Shown here one piece after another: positions 30,890 to 46,364 of a stretch of 64,000 bases of DNA. Position 1 is the first letter of the stretch. Each line of letters begins with the position of its first letter. The notes beneath the pieces were generated by a model. It was not told the DNA's origin. It was given only the letters and a program-made list of their open reading frames with translations, and made no database searches. Origin of the DNA: the human T2T-CHM13v2.0 reference genome, Homo sapiens. The DNA is taken from assembly GCF_009914755.1 (NCBI RefSeq), contig NC_060945.1. One strand, 5' to 3'. The translations under genes and the position numbers were made by a program.

Positions 30890-31190
30890 ATAATTTTTTC
30901 GAGCTTCTCACCCATGTATCCAACTGCCTACATGTTATTTTACTTTATGTGTCCTATAAGTAATTCAAATTTATGATATTCAAAACAGAAATCATTCTCT
31001 CTGCCACCCCTTCCTGAAATGTTTCCCACCCTTTCTTTCTCATCTCATATCACAGAATCAGTTATTCAAACTGGGATTCTGGATACTAGGATTGTTTCCT
31101 TTTTCTCCCTTTCTCTGTATTTAATCAGATCCAATCTGTACCTAATACATAGTAGACACTCAAAATATGTTTCTGAATGAATAAATAAAG
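30890..31190 (+). mobile_element. L2 fragments
   Basis: tatccaactgcctac... and tail atagtagacactcaaaatatgtttctgaatgaataaat. Confidence 0.65.
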
Positions 31191-32304
31191 AATTCTGTTC
31201 CTGGGAATAGAACAAATGTTTGAATGGTACTAAAGACAGCCTGTGCTTTCAGAAAAGCATCATGAAACATTAGCTCTGCGTTTAGGAGCAAAACCGTGCA
31301 ATTAAGATCAGAGCGTGGGGGAAGGGAGTCAAAGTTACTCTGCTGCTGAGATGCACGAGTTAAATACTATTAGAGAAATAAGAATAAATTGATTGAGGCA
31401 AAAGTGTCATAAACTCTTCCGTGTTTATCTCCTTAGGTTTTATGCTCTGCATCCTAGGTCTCATTTATAATTCTTATATCTGTCTCTACTTATGAATTCA
31501 TAACTGCTTTGTTCTCTCAAAGGCACTCCATTTCTCTACATTTTATGCCTGGCTTTGCTAAATCAATTAAGTTCAATTGAATTTAGCTAAATAAGTCACA
31601 AAACTAAACCCACAAGACCACATTAACAAAGACATACTGCTGCATTCACTCTCAATGAATATTTAGTAGTATCCATATTTCCTCAATCTGAAAGCTGACC
31701 TGATTTATTATCTAAGTCCGTAAATAGAATAAAATTGATTAGTCTTAAAATAATAGCCACTATTATCTAAAGGGAAGAAAAATGTAGTAAACCGAAGAGT
31801 GGTATTCATGAGTCTGTCCCGGTCACTTGAAAATAAAATTTCAATAGGTGTCCAAGCAGGATGTGACAAGCCTTCCCTGCCTTCCCTCCCCTGTCCCTGT
31901 TTCAGCAGAGATCAGTCTGCACTTTGAAGCTGCAAATGGCATGTGAGTTGTTTTCACAAACCCATGATGGATAATGGCTAATGGGTAGTACTGTGGTAAC
32001 AAAGCACTAAGTTTTGAACAAAATAGCTGTGGGACTTGAGGATATTTTAGTGCTTCTTTTGCTTCACAAACGCACCAAGTTTCCTAGAAGAACTGGCCAA
32101 TAAAACTGCCAGAACAGGGAAGGTCAAAGCACAAAAGAACTAATAGGATCTCAAGGGAAGAGTGGTACAGCTGGTGGTTATTACCACTCATGCCTAGACC
32201 AGGAGGTCTGTTAAAAAAACAGAACTCTTTGCAGCAGGCAGAATAAATAAACTTACTCTACTCCATGTTGATGCTTCTTTCAGATGATCAAGATGGCATT
32301 TTCC

Positions 32305-32575
32305 ATTTTTTAAATTAATGTATTTTTATTGATACATATTAGATGTGTATATTTTCAGGGTACGTGTCATAATTTCATAATTCATATAACCAAATTGGGG
32401 TAGTCGTGATGTCCATCACCTTAAACATTTATCTTTCCTTTCCACTAGGAACATTCAAATTATTCTTTTCTAGCTATTTTGAAATGCACAATTGGTTAAT
32501 GTTCGCTATAGTCACTACTGATCTATGGGACACCAGGTCTTATTTCTTTTAAGTGTATATTTGTACTCCTTAAGG
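32305..32575 (-). mobile_element. L1MA 3' end
   Basis: tttttattgataca...ttttcaggggtacgtg...tctagctattttgaaat...ctatagtcac. Confidence 0.8.
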
Positions 32576-32915
32576 CTGCACCATTTTCTTCCTTTAGACT
32601 GAATTAAAATAGCCATCCTTTCAAACTTTTCTAAACGTTCCCTCAGGGGAGGGCATCTGTAATTTGGGTCATTAATGGCTAAAAAATCCAAATTAATAAA
32701 CATTAGACAATGCAGCGGACAATTTAAACTAATTTAAATTATCAGATTATTATTTTATTACAGGCTATGGTCTATATTCATAGATTTCCATGGACAGTTA
32801 ATAATAATATATTTTAGGGACCTCTTTCTATAGGTTAGATTTTGCATGGATTAATTAATCTTTTCCTTTGGCTATGTATTATTACTTTTTCTTATTAAAA
32901 AAAAATAAGATACTA

Positions 32916-33046
32916 CTAGCTACTGTGTCTCACACCTGTAGTCCCAGTGCTTTAGGAGGCCAAGATGGGAGCATCACTTGAGGCCAGGTGTTCAAGACCA
33001 GCCTAGGCAATATAGCAAGAAACCTGTCTCTATAGAAAACATAAGT
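32916..33046 (+). mobile_element. Free left Alu monomer (FLAM)
   Basis: Single arm bounded by 13-bp TSD aaataagatacta at 32903-32915 and 33047-33059. Confidence 0.85.
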
Positions 33047-33661
33047 AAATAAGATACTAAGAAAGATCTCTAAGAGAGAAAGAATAAAATCTGCCAATTA
33101 AAGTGATATAATTTCTTATTACTTAAAGCTTTTTCTAAAAAAACTACACCGATTTTATTAATCAGCCATCATCATTGTACACATATAAAATAGAAATATA
33201 ATTCAAATTAATTAAAGTATTACTAAAATGCATTACTATTCAAAATCTAATTGTTAATTACTTTTCTGTCCAGGTCTGTCACGTGAGTTGACACTATCGT
33301 CTTCTCTGCCAATAAGAGTTTTAGATGTAGCATTTATGAAAATGCATTATGATATAACCAAAAGCCAGTAATGGTGAGCTCTTAAGATAACTTCATCAAA
33401 ATCCCACTTTGGGATTATTGCTCAACTGCTTGATTCATAACCGCTCCCCCCACCCATGCCTTCCACTGTAAATTCTGAAAATAAAAAGAAAATTCCAGTG
33501 TCGTCATTTAGATTTTCTTTAATGCCTCTGCCATCCACATCACAAACTTTGAAACTGGATATTTATTATTTTTAAAAAATTTATAGGCAGTGACAACTAT
33601 GCCATTATTACTCTCCAGCTGACATCAATTTGAAGACAGTATCAATTAAAACATGCATCCA

Positions 33662-33954
<293 letters not shown>

Positions 33955-34512
33955 GTTCTATCCTTATATCAGATGTTATGGTTAGTGTACACATACTTTA
34001 ATGCCTAGAGATATGTAGTTAGTGAAATGCTCAAGTCAGAGTTCAAAAAGAGGCCATCAAGCCCAAGCCCAAGATTAGAGCTATCTTTACACTTGCATAT
34101 TCAATATTCTGGATGGGGGGAGGGGAATGGGAATTTTAAATAGAATTGGCCTCCAACTCCTTTCCCAGAATAATTTCTTCTACACTTCTTAAATGCTATC
34201 CTACCTGTCAGGTACAGAGCACCAGAGTATTCCAGCCATGTGAGATTTCCTGTTTTCAACTCACAAGTTCTTTCTTGCTTCAGGTACAATTGCCTTAGAC
34301 AGGGTATTGCTTGCTGTAATAACAAATAGATCTTTAAAATAAAATAGCTTCCAAAAGAGTTTCATAGAATGATCTTGGGTGGAATTCTATAAAAGTCTTC
34401 AGGAGTCACAGATGATGAAACAAATCTGCAACCGATGGTTTCCAAGGCTGTTTTTATCTTATAAATCAGAACAATGGGTGATTCCTAGTCACAACATTTA
34501 TGGAATTAATTA

Positions 34513-34568
34513 TTAGGCTGGTGCAAAAGTAACTGTGCTTGTTGTCATTAAAAGCAATGGCAAAAACT
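34513..34568. mobile_element. MADE1 (Hsmar1-derived MITE) fragment
   Basis: ttaggctggtgcaaaagtaa...cattaaaagcaatggcaaaaac; right terminal inverted repeat missing. Confidence 0.75.
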
Positions 34569-34899
34569 TTGTTCACTTATCCTGAATAAAATACAAAAAT
34601 GTTATTCTTGGTGAATCAACTCTCTATAGAAGTAAAAAATAGCCCCTCATCTCCACTATAATTAGCATGTTGAAAGCGTTTGCCTTTCAATGAATAATTC
34701 CTGCTGATCCAGTTAAACCAAAGTAAAATTAGGAATCAATTGCTACTTTCCTTTTTATTCAAGAACATGTCCTCTTAGAAGACAGAAAGGGTTATTTCAT
34801 TTTTAGTAGATCGGTGAAGATGAAAATGATGGCAATATATGAATGTGTACCTAATTGAAATGATTTAATGAAAAAAGAAAGATTTCTAAAGATGTGAAA

Positions 34900-35660
<761 letters not shown>

Positions 35661-37489
35661 AAAAATGACATCAAAGAGTATGCCATTCAAGGATATCATA
35701 GATCATATAAAAGATATCATATATCATACAAGATCATGTAGATGACAGATGGAAAGATGGGGATTCCTAATGTAGTGATCTCACCCCAAATCAATGAACA
35801 CTTCTAAAGTTTCTACATAAAAACAGGTTTTCAGGGGATACTCAGGGTTGTATACAATTATGTTCTTCAGGGTCTGACAACAGATAAAAATGCTATCTAA
35901 TAATAATAAAAACAACAGAAATCTATGCATTTTAGAGTACATCCACATATAACATCTCACCCTGGATTCACACCACAATTTTTTTTTTATGTTAGGACAA
36001 GTGTTATTTTTATGATTTTACAAATAAGGCAGCTCTGGCTCAGGTCAAACCATGACTGACAAGTTCAAGAATTCAACTCCAAGGTTTTCCCCGACATCAT
36101 TTCTATCATTACTTCTTAGAGGAGTAAGTCATGGGTGAAGTCATTCATTTGCTTCTGGGAGCCAGCTGTGAAAAAACTGCATGCATCACGAATCGTCTAA
36201 TTCCTGAAGCCAATAATACCTGAAGTCATTTTATATAGTTTACTCACCCAGATGTTACCTGCAGTATATGCACCTTGTTTCATGATGGTCCCTGGTAAAG
36301 TAATCTGCAGTATACAGCCATGGTCCCCCAAAACTTGGAATTAGGCCTTGCTTCTTTTCCTGGCTTTAATGGCCTTTTGACTATTTTTCTCCTGCATTGT
36401 TTCACATTTACTTCAGTTCTACTCTGTATTCCAAACAAAAAATGTTCTCCCTAATCCCTCTGTTTCTTTGTTGGAAATTTAATGCTTCTATGTTTTCAAG
36501 ACACAGAGGTAGCATAAAAGCTTAAAACCTCATATTGGTCCATACCTCTTTAGGAAAGTATCATGCCTCTATAAAATTGCCCTATTCTGATCCTTCTGAC
36601 TATTCTTCAAATGAAAGAGTCTGCCATATCATGAACTTTTTCATTGAAAAACTTGGCTTGGTTTAAATGCCCCCTTTCAGTAATTTTGTGGTAAAATGAA
36701 TTGAATTGTCCAAAAATGACCACAGGAGCTCACTCTAGATTTCTTGGACAAACAGCCAATTAAGATAGTTGGGAATAACACTCCAGTCTCACCCTATTCT
36801 CTCATCAGAAGGAACTACACCCAAATCTCAGCTTCCCACGTAAGAAGTCGCTGCCTTTTCTTAACAAGGGAAATTATAACATCTCATGGGCCCCAAGCCC
36901 TCGAGGAGTGTGTGGCTGGTATTCCCAAACAACGCCTATCAATGGCTGGCATCAAAATTCCAGACTGCCTGAGACCAGGTCCCCTTTGTTTTCCCCATGT
37001 ACAAGATAACTTTCTCACATTTGCTTCATAAAATGAAAATTAAAGGGAAGGCGATGTCTCTCCCCTAGAACATAAAATACCCTGTGGGCCCATGAGCATC
37101 CCAGGCCCTGACAAGCCTCTCTGTCGAGGGACCAGGAAAATCTGGGGTTTCTCTTTCTTTGCTGACCTGGCCTTGCAAATAGGACTTCACGGAATTCATC
37201 CAGAATCCTACCCACATGAGAAAGTTGACAGACCCAGAAGAAACCTATTTTGCACAACACAATGGTTTGCAAGCTCTTACTTCTGATAGCTAAATGATCG
37301 TGCAACACAGCCAGGCACAGAGTGAGTGATGCAGAAGCAGTACGCACTAAATGTTATGGCTTTCACCTTCTAACCAGTATATGGTTACCAAAATAAAAAT
37401 AAAACTAGCAAATCTCACCATTTATCCCTAAGCTACCAATTCCTTTTATTTGCCTAGCTTCCCTAGAATAGTGGCTTAATTAGAAATAA

Positions 37490-37869
<380 letters not shown>

Positions 37870-40860
37870 ATTGGGACATTTAAAACACTCATTAGGAAAC
37901 ATTTCATGTAAGTGCTATTTATAAAAAATTTATGCCATTATTTCTATCCAAAGTAGATGCTTCCTATCACTAGAGAATACATATTTCAACCTGTCATAAT
38001 TATTACTATTACTATAATAACAATTTAATTTTGTAAATTTATACATTTTAGTGCTTAGATGCTTTTTGTTATATTTTCTATGTTATATCCTGATTTCTGA
38101 AAAAGAATATTACCCAAAATACTAAAAATAGAGAGCTAGAACTGAATTTACACTTTTATAACACATTAATGATACTGGATTTTTGTACTCTTAAATTCAT
38201 AATAAATTTTTATTACTACTTCATTTTTAATATGTAATTGATTTTTATATGCATTTTGAAATTGTCTAACTACAAAAACAGGAAAATATAACAGTGGTTA
38301 TCTCTTAGTAGTGGAATAATAGGTGACTGTTTTATTGATAGCCTGTAGTTTTAAATTATTTTAAATAACTATTTATCATTTAAGAACATTAAAAAATGAC
38401 TTAAAAATCCAAAGCTGGCATCTGGACAGTTTTGAAAAAGATGAAGGCTTTTTCACCAGTCATTATCAAACAATTTATACGAAAATAATGTCTTGACTCA
38501 GGGGCTCTGGGAGGAAAGTAACACAGAATATTTAAAAAGTAGGACACACCAGATAACTTAACTTTTTTTTCTTTTTTCCTTAAATCTTAACCGAGAGGAG
38601 TCAATCACTTTAACTCCCAGGGTTTTAATTTTCTTATTTAGGTACTCACCAAGTACATTCACTACTTTATCACTTTTTAATATCTGAATAATAAAATTGC
38701 GATGTTCTTTTTACTTGAAAGAACTACTCTCTTATTACCCATGATTGCATCTAGGTCTTTGCAAAGTAGCACGTATATAACTATAACTCATTGTTTCCTA
38801 TGTACCAGGAAATAGTGTTTCTACTTGTCAAAAGTACCAAGAAGTTTTGCTTTAATTAACCTAATTTTAAGGCTAATTAAGATAGGTGTCATTACAAGAA
38901 TTTGCCCAAGGTCACCTACAAGTAAGCAAAAGAATTAAAATTCAGATCTCTCGTTCTTTCTCCAGGGTCACCACCTGCCAGCTCCAGAGAGTATCCTTCA
39001 CCCAGTAGCCTAAAGGACAGGGCACCCCCATTCCATCAAACATGACTGCCCTCTGCTCTGACTATAGAATTGCTGTAAATCCCCTCTCAATATGCCAGGT
39101 TGCCTCCTAATTGCAGACAGGCAAATGTGGTAAATGGTCTTGCCTTAGAGCATACTGCTAAGTGCCCAAGTGAGCATAGACTTATCTGCTCCTCCTGTGA
39201 ATTCATCAATAAACAGACAGCAGCATTATTGTTGCTATGAGAGAGGAAGCTACTGATTTAAGGTTGAATTTGCCATTACTCTCTTTCTGACTGACTCAGA
39301 AAAATAATATAAAAATAAGAAAGCTGTTTTGTTTGTGAATTCATTTTTGCACAATTTTCTTTTAGGAAAGCCACAATCAATAAAAGTTCTAACATTCGTA
39401 TTTCCAGCTACTAACAGGTAGTAAGGTTGCTTAATCTCTGCTGACTGTGCTGTGTGAGAGGCTACGTTCCCTGAGTTCAAACTATCCTGGCAATTTAGCA
39501 TAATGCTGAGGCTACAGGTCTAGACCCCAGGGAAATTTGCTTTTACTTTGATAAACTGAGATTTCTCAATACTCCTGTAACAGCTGAGTTACTTCCCTCG
39601 TTCTAGAGAGAAAGCGCCCTTCTTTAATTTCTTCAGGGGATTTTCCCATTGGGTTAAATGAGAGCCTACTATCTCCTTCAGATAACACCATGTAACTGGC
39701 AGTGGGGGAAGTGGGGCCAGAGAAGAAAAGTAAATGGCATTTTTGGCATCAAATAGAGCCTCCAGTAAAAATACTAACCACTTTTTGCTGAAGTGTTTAC
39801 AGAAAAAGACCATTGTTTCAGGAAATTACTTGTGTTGAAAAATGAAAAAAATCTGTATATAGCAGCTTAATACTGCTCTTACTGTTTACTGAACTAATGT
39901 ATTTTTGTCCCAGAATTTTACTTCTAAAGAATATACTCTAAATATTGCCATCTTTTCTATTCTGACTGCATTGTACATAATGAAATCACATTGGACTAAG
40001 AATTAGTAACATTAACAAATTCTAAGATGTTTCAGTACCTCTTATTGATCCTTTTTATATTAAAAGTGATTTTTTTTCATTACAGGGGATTGTAGAAATT
40101 ATATAAACAGTCATATCAGTAAAATGAGTTTAAAATATTATTTGAAAAAACTACAACTTTCCTCACAACTGGTTACCTCCACTGAAGAGAATTTATTCAT
40201 ATTTTCTGTGGCAATGTGTTCTCTAGGCTCCCAACAGGATAAAGAATCTAGAACAAAAATATTTTTTAAAGTGGCAGAAAGATATACCCACTTTGAGCAT
40301 TCATCACAATGTTACATTCCATGGGAAAAAAACAAAAGGGATTATACTAAATTTTAACGCACCTGATACCAAGCAACTTCAACCATGCTAAACAAATGTA
40401 GGTAGGGGATGGGGCTGTCTGGTATTGGCAAAGACAAGTGAGCAAAGTATCTCACTTTACAGAAACCATTATTAACCGGTATTGGTGTCTTCCTAACTTA
40501 GATGACTCTTTCTCTAATGTGTGTTTGTCACATGACTTTCCTTACCCAGTGGGTTATCCTAAACTTCAGTACAATGCACTGTCCAGCTCATCTCAATATT
40601 TCCAACAACAAAAGTTAAAAATGTAAGACCGTGATTTTTTCTGTTGTTCTCTATTTCACAAGTAGTCTACTTGGAAAGGGTCAAAACATATTTGGATGAG
40701 TTTCCTTCTAATCCGTCCACTTAGCTCAATAAAGTGCTCTGCATTTTTGCCAGATCGAACCTTGGAAACAAAAATGGCTCTTACCAAAGTCTAAAATGGA
40801 GATTTTAACTAACATCAAGGGTTGCTCCAAGCAGACTCTCATATTTAGATGTATCCAGGA

Positions 40861-41163
40861 GGCCGGGTGTGGTGGCTCACACCTGTAATCCCAGCAATTC
40901 CAGCACTTTGGGAGGCCGAGGCAGGTGAATCATCTGAGGTCAGGAGTTCAAGACCAACCTGATCAACATGGTGAAACCCCGTCTCTACTAAAAACACAAA
41001 AATTAGCTGGGCTTGGTGGTGGGAGGCCTGTAATCCAAACTACTCAGGAGACTGAAGCAGGAGATTTGCTTGAACTCTGGAAACGGAGGTTGTAGTGAGC
41101 CAAGATCACGCCATTGCACCCCAGCCTGGGCAACAAGAACAAGACTCTGTCTCAATAAAAAAA
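40861..41163 (+). mobile_element. AluS (Sq/Sx-like)
   Basis: 15-bp TSD tagatgtatccagga at 40846-40860 and 41173-41187. Confidence 0.95.
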
Positions 41164-41290
41164 ATGATGAAATAGATGTATCCAGGAAAAATTCAGGCCT
41201 TTTTTGTGCTCCCCAAATCCCAATAGTTTAAGTTGACTTCTGAAATCTCTTACACTGCTCTACTCTTGTCCCATAGCCCTATTAAACTAT

Positions 41291-41755
41291 TGCTAAAGAA
41301 AAAAAAATCAATGACATCTAAAGCATGGTTAGACTAACTTTTTTCAAGACCATCACAATAGATACAGGGACTATGGCAATGGGGTCTTGCAGTGGGGAGT
41401 GAGATTGGGCTTCACTCCAAATATAGGAAGGGAAAATAAAAATTTATGGACAAGGAGAAGGGTGGGGTCAGTGGATGGAAAATTACTAAGAAATGTCAGG
41501 GTTAAGGGGATTCTGTTTCAGCTGACCTAACAGGATTCTTGCTGAAGACAGGCCCAACATGATTAGACATCACCTCAGGGAAGGTGGAAGATGAGGAGCC
41601 CAACTAGATATCGAGCGTGATTTGATATTAAGTGTGCAGGGATCTTGCTAAACTGACTTAGCAGGATTCTTGCTAAAAGTGAATTTTAGAAGAAAGCAAA
41701 CTTAGGTGAATACTCAGAGCTTGACTAAAGTTTGGTAAAGGAAGAACTTATGTCA
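41291..41755 (-). mobile_element. MER31-like ERV1 solo LTR
   Basis: Reverse complement begins tgaca...ccaaactttagtcaag; flanks ctat/ctgt. Confidence 0.78.
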
Positions 41756-42418
41756 CTGTACAAGTCAGTGAGTATCCAGCTTCTTCCTACCTGGTAGGCA
41801 CTTCTAAATTTCACTATAAACATGTGCGACTTGAAGTTACAGAAAGGATAGAGGTGCAGCAATAGCTACCACTGTTTTCAAAGAAATAGTACCCTCTGTC
41901 CCAAACCTCATTTTTGGTTGTATATACTGGCTAAAAGTGGTTGGTGGATGAGAGTCAGAGAACCTGCTTTTAGCCACTGTTCAGCAAGTCCTGCTATTGA
42001 TGCTTAAAGAAACTCTCTTGAGAATGTCATTGATTGTCCCTAGCTTTGGAACTTCAGCCAATATTCTGAGTTATTATGAAAAATTTGTCATTTTTTTTTA
42101 CTTGGGAGAAAGACTGAAGCTATTCAAAAATGAACTGGTTCTTAAAAATATATTAGGAAGTTTGAAAACGCACCTAAGCAGAAGGCTTTACGCCTCACAT
42201 TTCAGAGCGAAAAAAATCAGAGTGTTTAGGCACAATCTCTTCCCTCAAAGACAAGACAGTTTAAAACTAACAGGAGTGCTAATAGCAGGAATGAAGGAGA
42301 CACAGAAAGTCAAAAGAAGCAAAGCAATCTTTTCATTGATCTATGTATAAAATCGTGATTGAATCCCTAAAGTAAGAAACATGATTGACATGGGTATAGA
42401 GCTTACTGGTAAAATGCA

Positions 42419-42690
42419 ATTCATACCCTTCATATATATATATATATATATATACACCCTTCATATATATATATATACCTTCATATATATATATATACCC
42501 TTCATATATATATATCATCATATATATATACCTTCATATATATATATCTTCATATATACATATACATTCATATATATATGTATGTACACACACACATATA
42601 TATATGAAGGGTATGAATATATATATATATGAAGGGTATGAATGTGTGTGTGTGCATATATATATATATATATATATGCACACACACACA
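42419..42690. repeat. AT-rich compound repeat with internal inverted units
   Basis: (TA)n interspersed with (c)ccttca units and their reverse complement tgaaggg. Confidence 0.95.
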
Positions 42691-43439
42691 ATATTTTTGC
42701 ATCAGATTCCACCTCAGAGACAAGAGTCTACAATTGTTCACATCTGTAAAAAAGCTGCAAATTCAGTCATAAGGCAAAATTGAAAAAGTAAAACCCGCTT
42801 AATAGTGAAGTGAGGTTGGGGGTAGAGAAGAAAGAGAAGTCAGTTGAAACTGAGATATAAGAACATGTGTATAAAGTCAGAACTAAGAACACAGGGAGAA
42901 AAAAACAAAAGTTAGAATTTTCTTAACTGATGAGACAGTTATCATATCTCGAAGATAATTTAACACAACGGTTCTTTAGATTTGGATTTTTCACTTTGGT
43001 AACATTAAGCACTATTCACTGCCTGCCAAAGAAAGAAAAGCAAGTTGACTATTCCTTCAGAAAAAAAAGTGTCTACTAAAAAGAATGAAAATAATACTAA
43101 AATGCATACTGTGCCCAGATAAATAAGAAGACTTATCAAAGGAGTATTTTGAAGAAAGTTATTTTGGGTCCTGGGATTTATTTTAAAAATCTAAGCCTTT
43201 CAACAAACTGCTTTCCTAAAATTCAGATTTTTTTTTAATGTGATACAGGTTAGAAATTTTAGAAAATCTTTCTCTCTCTCTCTCTCCATCCACATTTGTT
43301 CCAAAATGTTGTCCATATTTATCTCTACATCTGGGTCTCTGGAAATTCTGAACTCTATGTTACCGGAATGAGGTATTTAGAACAGCTGAAAAGATAAAAA
43401 TTAACACATTTTATATAATAACATGAAAGGATAGTCCCT

Positions 43440-44330
43440 TCATTCATGAATTCATGTATTGAGAGTCGATTGTAAGCTGGATATATGTGAGATACTGAGA
43501 ATTCAGTGGTAAATAAAACCAGACTTTTTTCCATCCCCATGGAAACCAGGATTTAGTAAATAAAACAATATTCAGATAATCACACAGAAAAAAATACAAA
43601 ATTACAAACTATAGTATCACTAGAAAAGAGAGATGAATTATGCCAGTAGAGTCTTAATAGTAGGATTTGACTTGGTCATAGGCGTCATGGAAGACATCAC
43701 AGAAGAAGCAACTGAGCTAAGAAATAAAGAAAGAATAAATATGAACTAGAGGGAAAGCTGTTCTAGTGTAAGATGTGCTGGGGTAAAGGTCCTGTCTCAG
43801 AAGACACATAGAGTGTTTGAGGAACTGAACGCCAACAGGAAGGTGGGAAATATTTGACTGAGGTTGATGACATCATTAGATGCTTGTTTCAAAATGAACA
43901 ATCTGTTTTGTGATGTGTGGACAATTGATTTTATTGGGATAATACTAGATGGAAAGTTATTGTTTAGGAAGGTATTGCAATATACCAGGTGAAGAAGATG
44001 TTAATAGCAGAGAAAGAAAGATAACTGGAGATACAATTCTGATGTAAAATTGACAGAACTTAATAAAGAGTTTACTATTGAGAAATCTGAGAAAGGAAAA
44101 TGTCAAAGAAATCATCTAGCATTCCAGCTTGTTTTTTTAAAAAAATTGACAATGTTACATTAAAGTAAGTTCATATTGTGAATAAAAGGGACAATCATAA
44201 TTTCAATTGAAAACATGTTGAATTTGAGCTACTTTTGCTCAAACCAAGCAAGGATTTCATACATAATTGACCTGCAGATTACAAAATGAGAGTAGAGATC
44301 AGGTGCGGTGATTCTTTTTAAAAAAGGGTC
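43440..44330 (-). mobile_element. L2 remnant
   Basis: cattcatgaattcatgtattgag tail followed by degenerate L2 body. Confidence 0.65.
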
Positions 44331-45377
44331 TCATGGATATAGGCAAGAGTTTAATTTCTCAGTATTAATACTATAACTTAATCAATAAAAACTATGGAAG
44401 ATTTAGATTTTTGAGAAGGACTACGAAAAACATTTTTTGTTTACGCTCTATTTCCCTAAACAGAAACAGAATCTACTTTCTACCACAATCCCCCCGGTTC
44501 AATGGCAAAAAAATGTGATAGAGCCAAATGAAATGGAATGGAATGGACTGAGAGAAATAAAGAAAGAAGCAATTCCTATTGCAAAAACTGAGTAGAAAGG
44601 TTTGAGATAATGAAGAAAAAGGAAAGAGATCATAGATAAGGGACTTCTTTATATCTATATTGGGTTGCATGTAGATATGGATGGATAGGATTTTAAAAAT
44701 AGAATGATTTCTGTACTTTAAGTCAGAGCAAGAAAGGAGGATAGTTTGATCATCCAATGAGATCTATAGACTATACTTTGCTTTCTTCTAAACTTTAAGG
44801 ATCAATCTTTAGGGCAAGAATCTATAGGAAAATTGATCTGATATGTGGTATGTAAATTTAAACTTGAACTCAAGCATACTATAGATCTGAGTTTGATTCA
44901 AAGCTCATTATAGAATTAAGTCAGTTAGCAGGCCAGGACATCAACAAAACTGTTACTTATATAATGTCAAAGCAGAAAAGGCCAAAGTAATACTGGTCCC
45001 CGGAGTAACTGTCTTTGGAGACAGATATCAATGGAGGACAGTGATTGCAACTATAGAGCTTTGTTGATTGGTGGGCCATATTCCGAAGATATCATTGAAC
45101 AAAAGTGAATCTTTTGCTTTGTCATGTGATTTTATCAAATAAAGCCCTGGAGGAGACACCCAGGGCAAGGCAGCTAATAGACAATGGTTCACATGCATGT
45201 ATTGTCCAGAACATAACTATTAAAAAGAATACAGTTGCCTCTGCAGAAGGAAGGAAGATTCTGAGCAATATTGTGAAGTTGTGGGAAGGACTCAGAGCAA
45301 CAGATATGGCACAGGAAGTGCCAGGTTTCTGGACTGATATCCTGGAACAAAAGATTGATCAAGTGAAGCAGCTTCAC

Positions 45378-46364
45378 ATGGGTCTCCAATATTGACTCCC
45401 AGTTTAGTTGTGATTCACTAGGGGAACCCACAGGGCTCAGCATGTAGTCACACTCATGGCAATAATTTATTACAGCAAAAGAATGAAGCAAAATTAGCAA
45501 AGGGAAGATGTGCACAGAGCCTATTATTGGCCAAATATTTGTACTTCCCCAAAATTTGTGTTTTAAAGTTGTAACCCTCAATGGGATGGTATTTGGAAAT
45601 GGGTCTTCTGAGAGGTAATCAGGATTTGATGAGGTTGTGAGGATGGGGCCCTGGTCTGATGGGATTAGTGCCCTTAAAATAAGAAATACCAAAGGGTGCT
45701 TTCTTGCTCTCTCTCTCTCTTTCTCTCTCTCTCTTTCTCTCTCTCGCTCTCACTCTTTCTCCTTCTATCTCTGCCACATGAGGATATATCGATAAGGTGG
45801 CCATCTTCAAGCCAGAAAGAGGGCCCTCACTAGAACCTGACTATGCTAGCACCCTAATCTCAGACTTCCAATCTCTAATACTGTGAGAAAATAAATTTCT
45901 GTTGTTTAAGTCACCCATTTTATGATATTCTCTTATGGTAGCCCAAGCTGACTAATACAAGGATTTTCCAGAGTAAGCCAGGTGCAAGCTTCCAAGAGTC
46001 CTCCCTTAATTGAGTCACACAGTATGTGCTTAATTCCTCCAGCAATAAGCTATGACAACACATGTAAAACATTGTCTACCAGAAAAAACTCATTAGAGAC
46101 TCAGTGCCCAGGGTTTTAATTGAGGGATGCTCATGGAAGCACCCTCTACCCAGTATGTTCCAAAATTTCAGACTCCTAGTAGGAAAGCAGGTGTTCAGCT
46201 GTTGTTTGTACAAACAGATTAGGCAGAGTAAGCCATTCTTATTAGTTCTGCGAACGGTGGAAAGCCTCCCTAAATCCCATATGCCAGCTAAGGGCCTCTC
46301 TTTCTAGCAGGCATTTCCAAAGATAGCAGTTTCAAGCCTGTTATGTTAACTCTTTTCTCCATAT
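45378..46364 (-). mobile_element. MER68/MER77-like LTR split by MLT1
   Basis: gattcactagg...ctcagcat...ctcattagagactcagtgcccagggtttt...tatgttaactcttttct. Confidence 0.75.
45522..45959 (+). mobile_element. MLT1A/B-type solo LTR
   Basis: ggtatttggaaatggg...gattagtgccctt...aataaatttctgttgtttaag...gactaataca. Confidence 0.85.

Noticed and set aside
36744-37347. Cluster of 64-110 aa ORFs in unique DNA
   Set aside because: No recognisable homology, no processed-pseudogene hallmarks (poly-A, TSD) and no convincing exon chain
45189-45692. 167-aa minus-strand ORF (longest in the window)
   Set aside because: Runs across an MLT1 LTR and a MER68/77-like LTR; chance open frame
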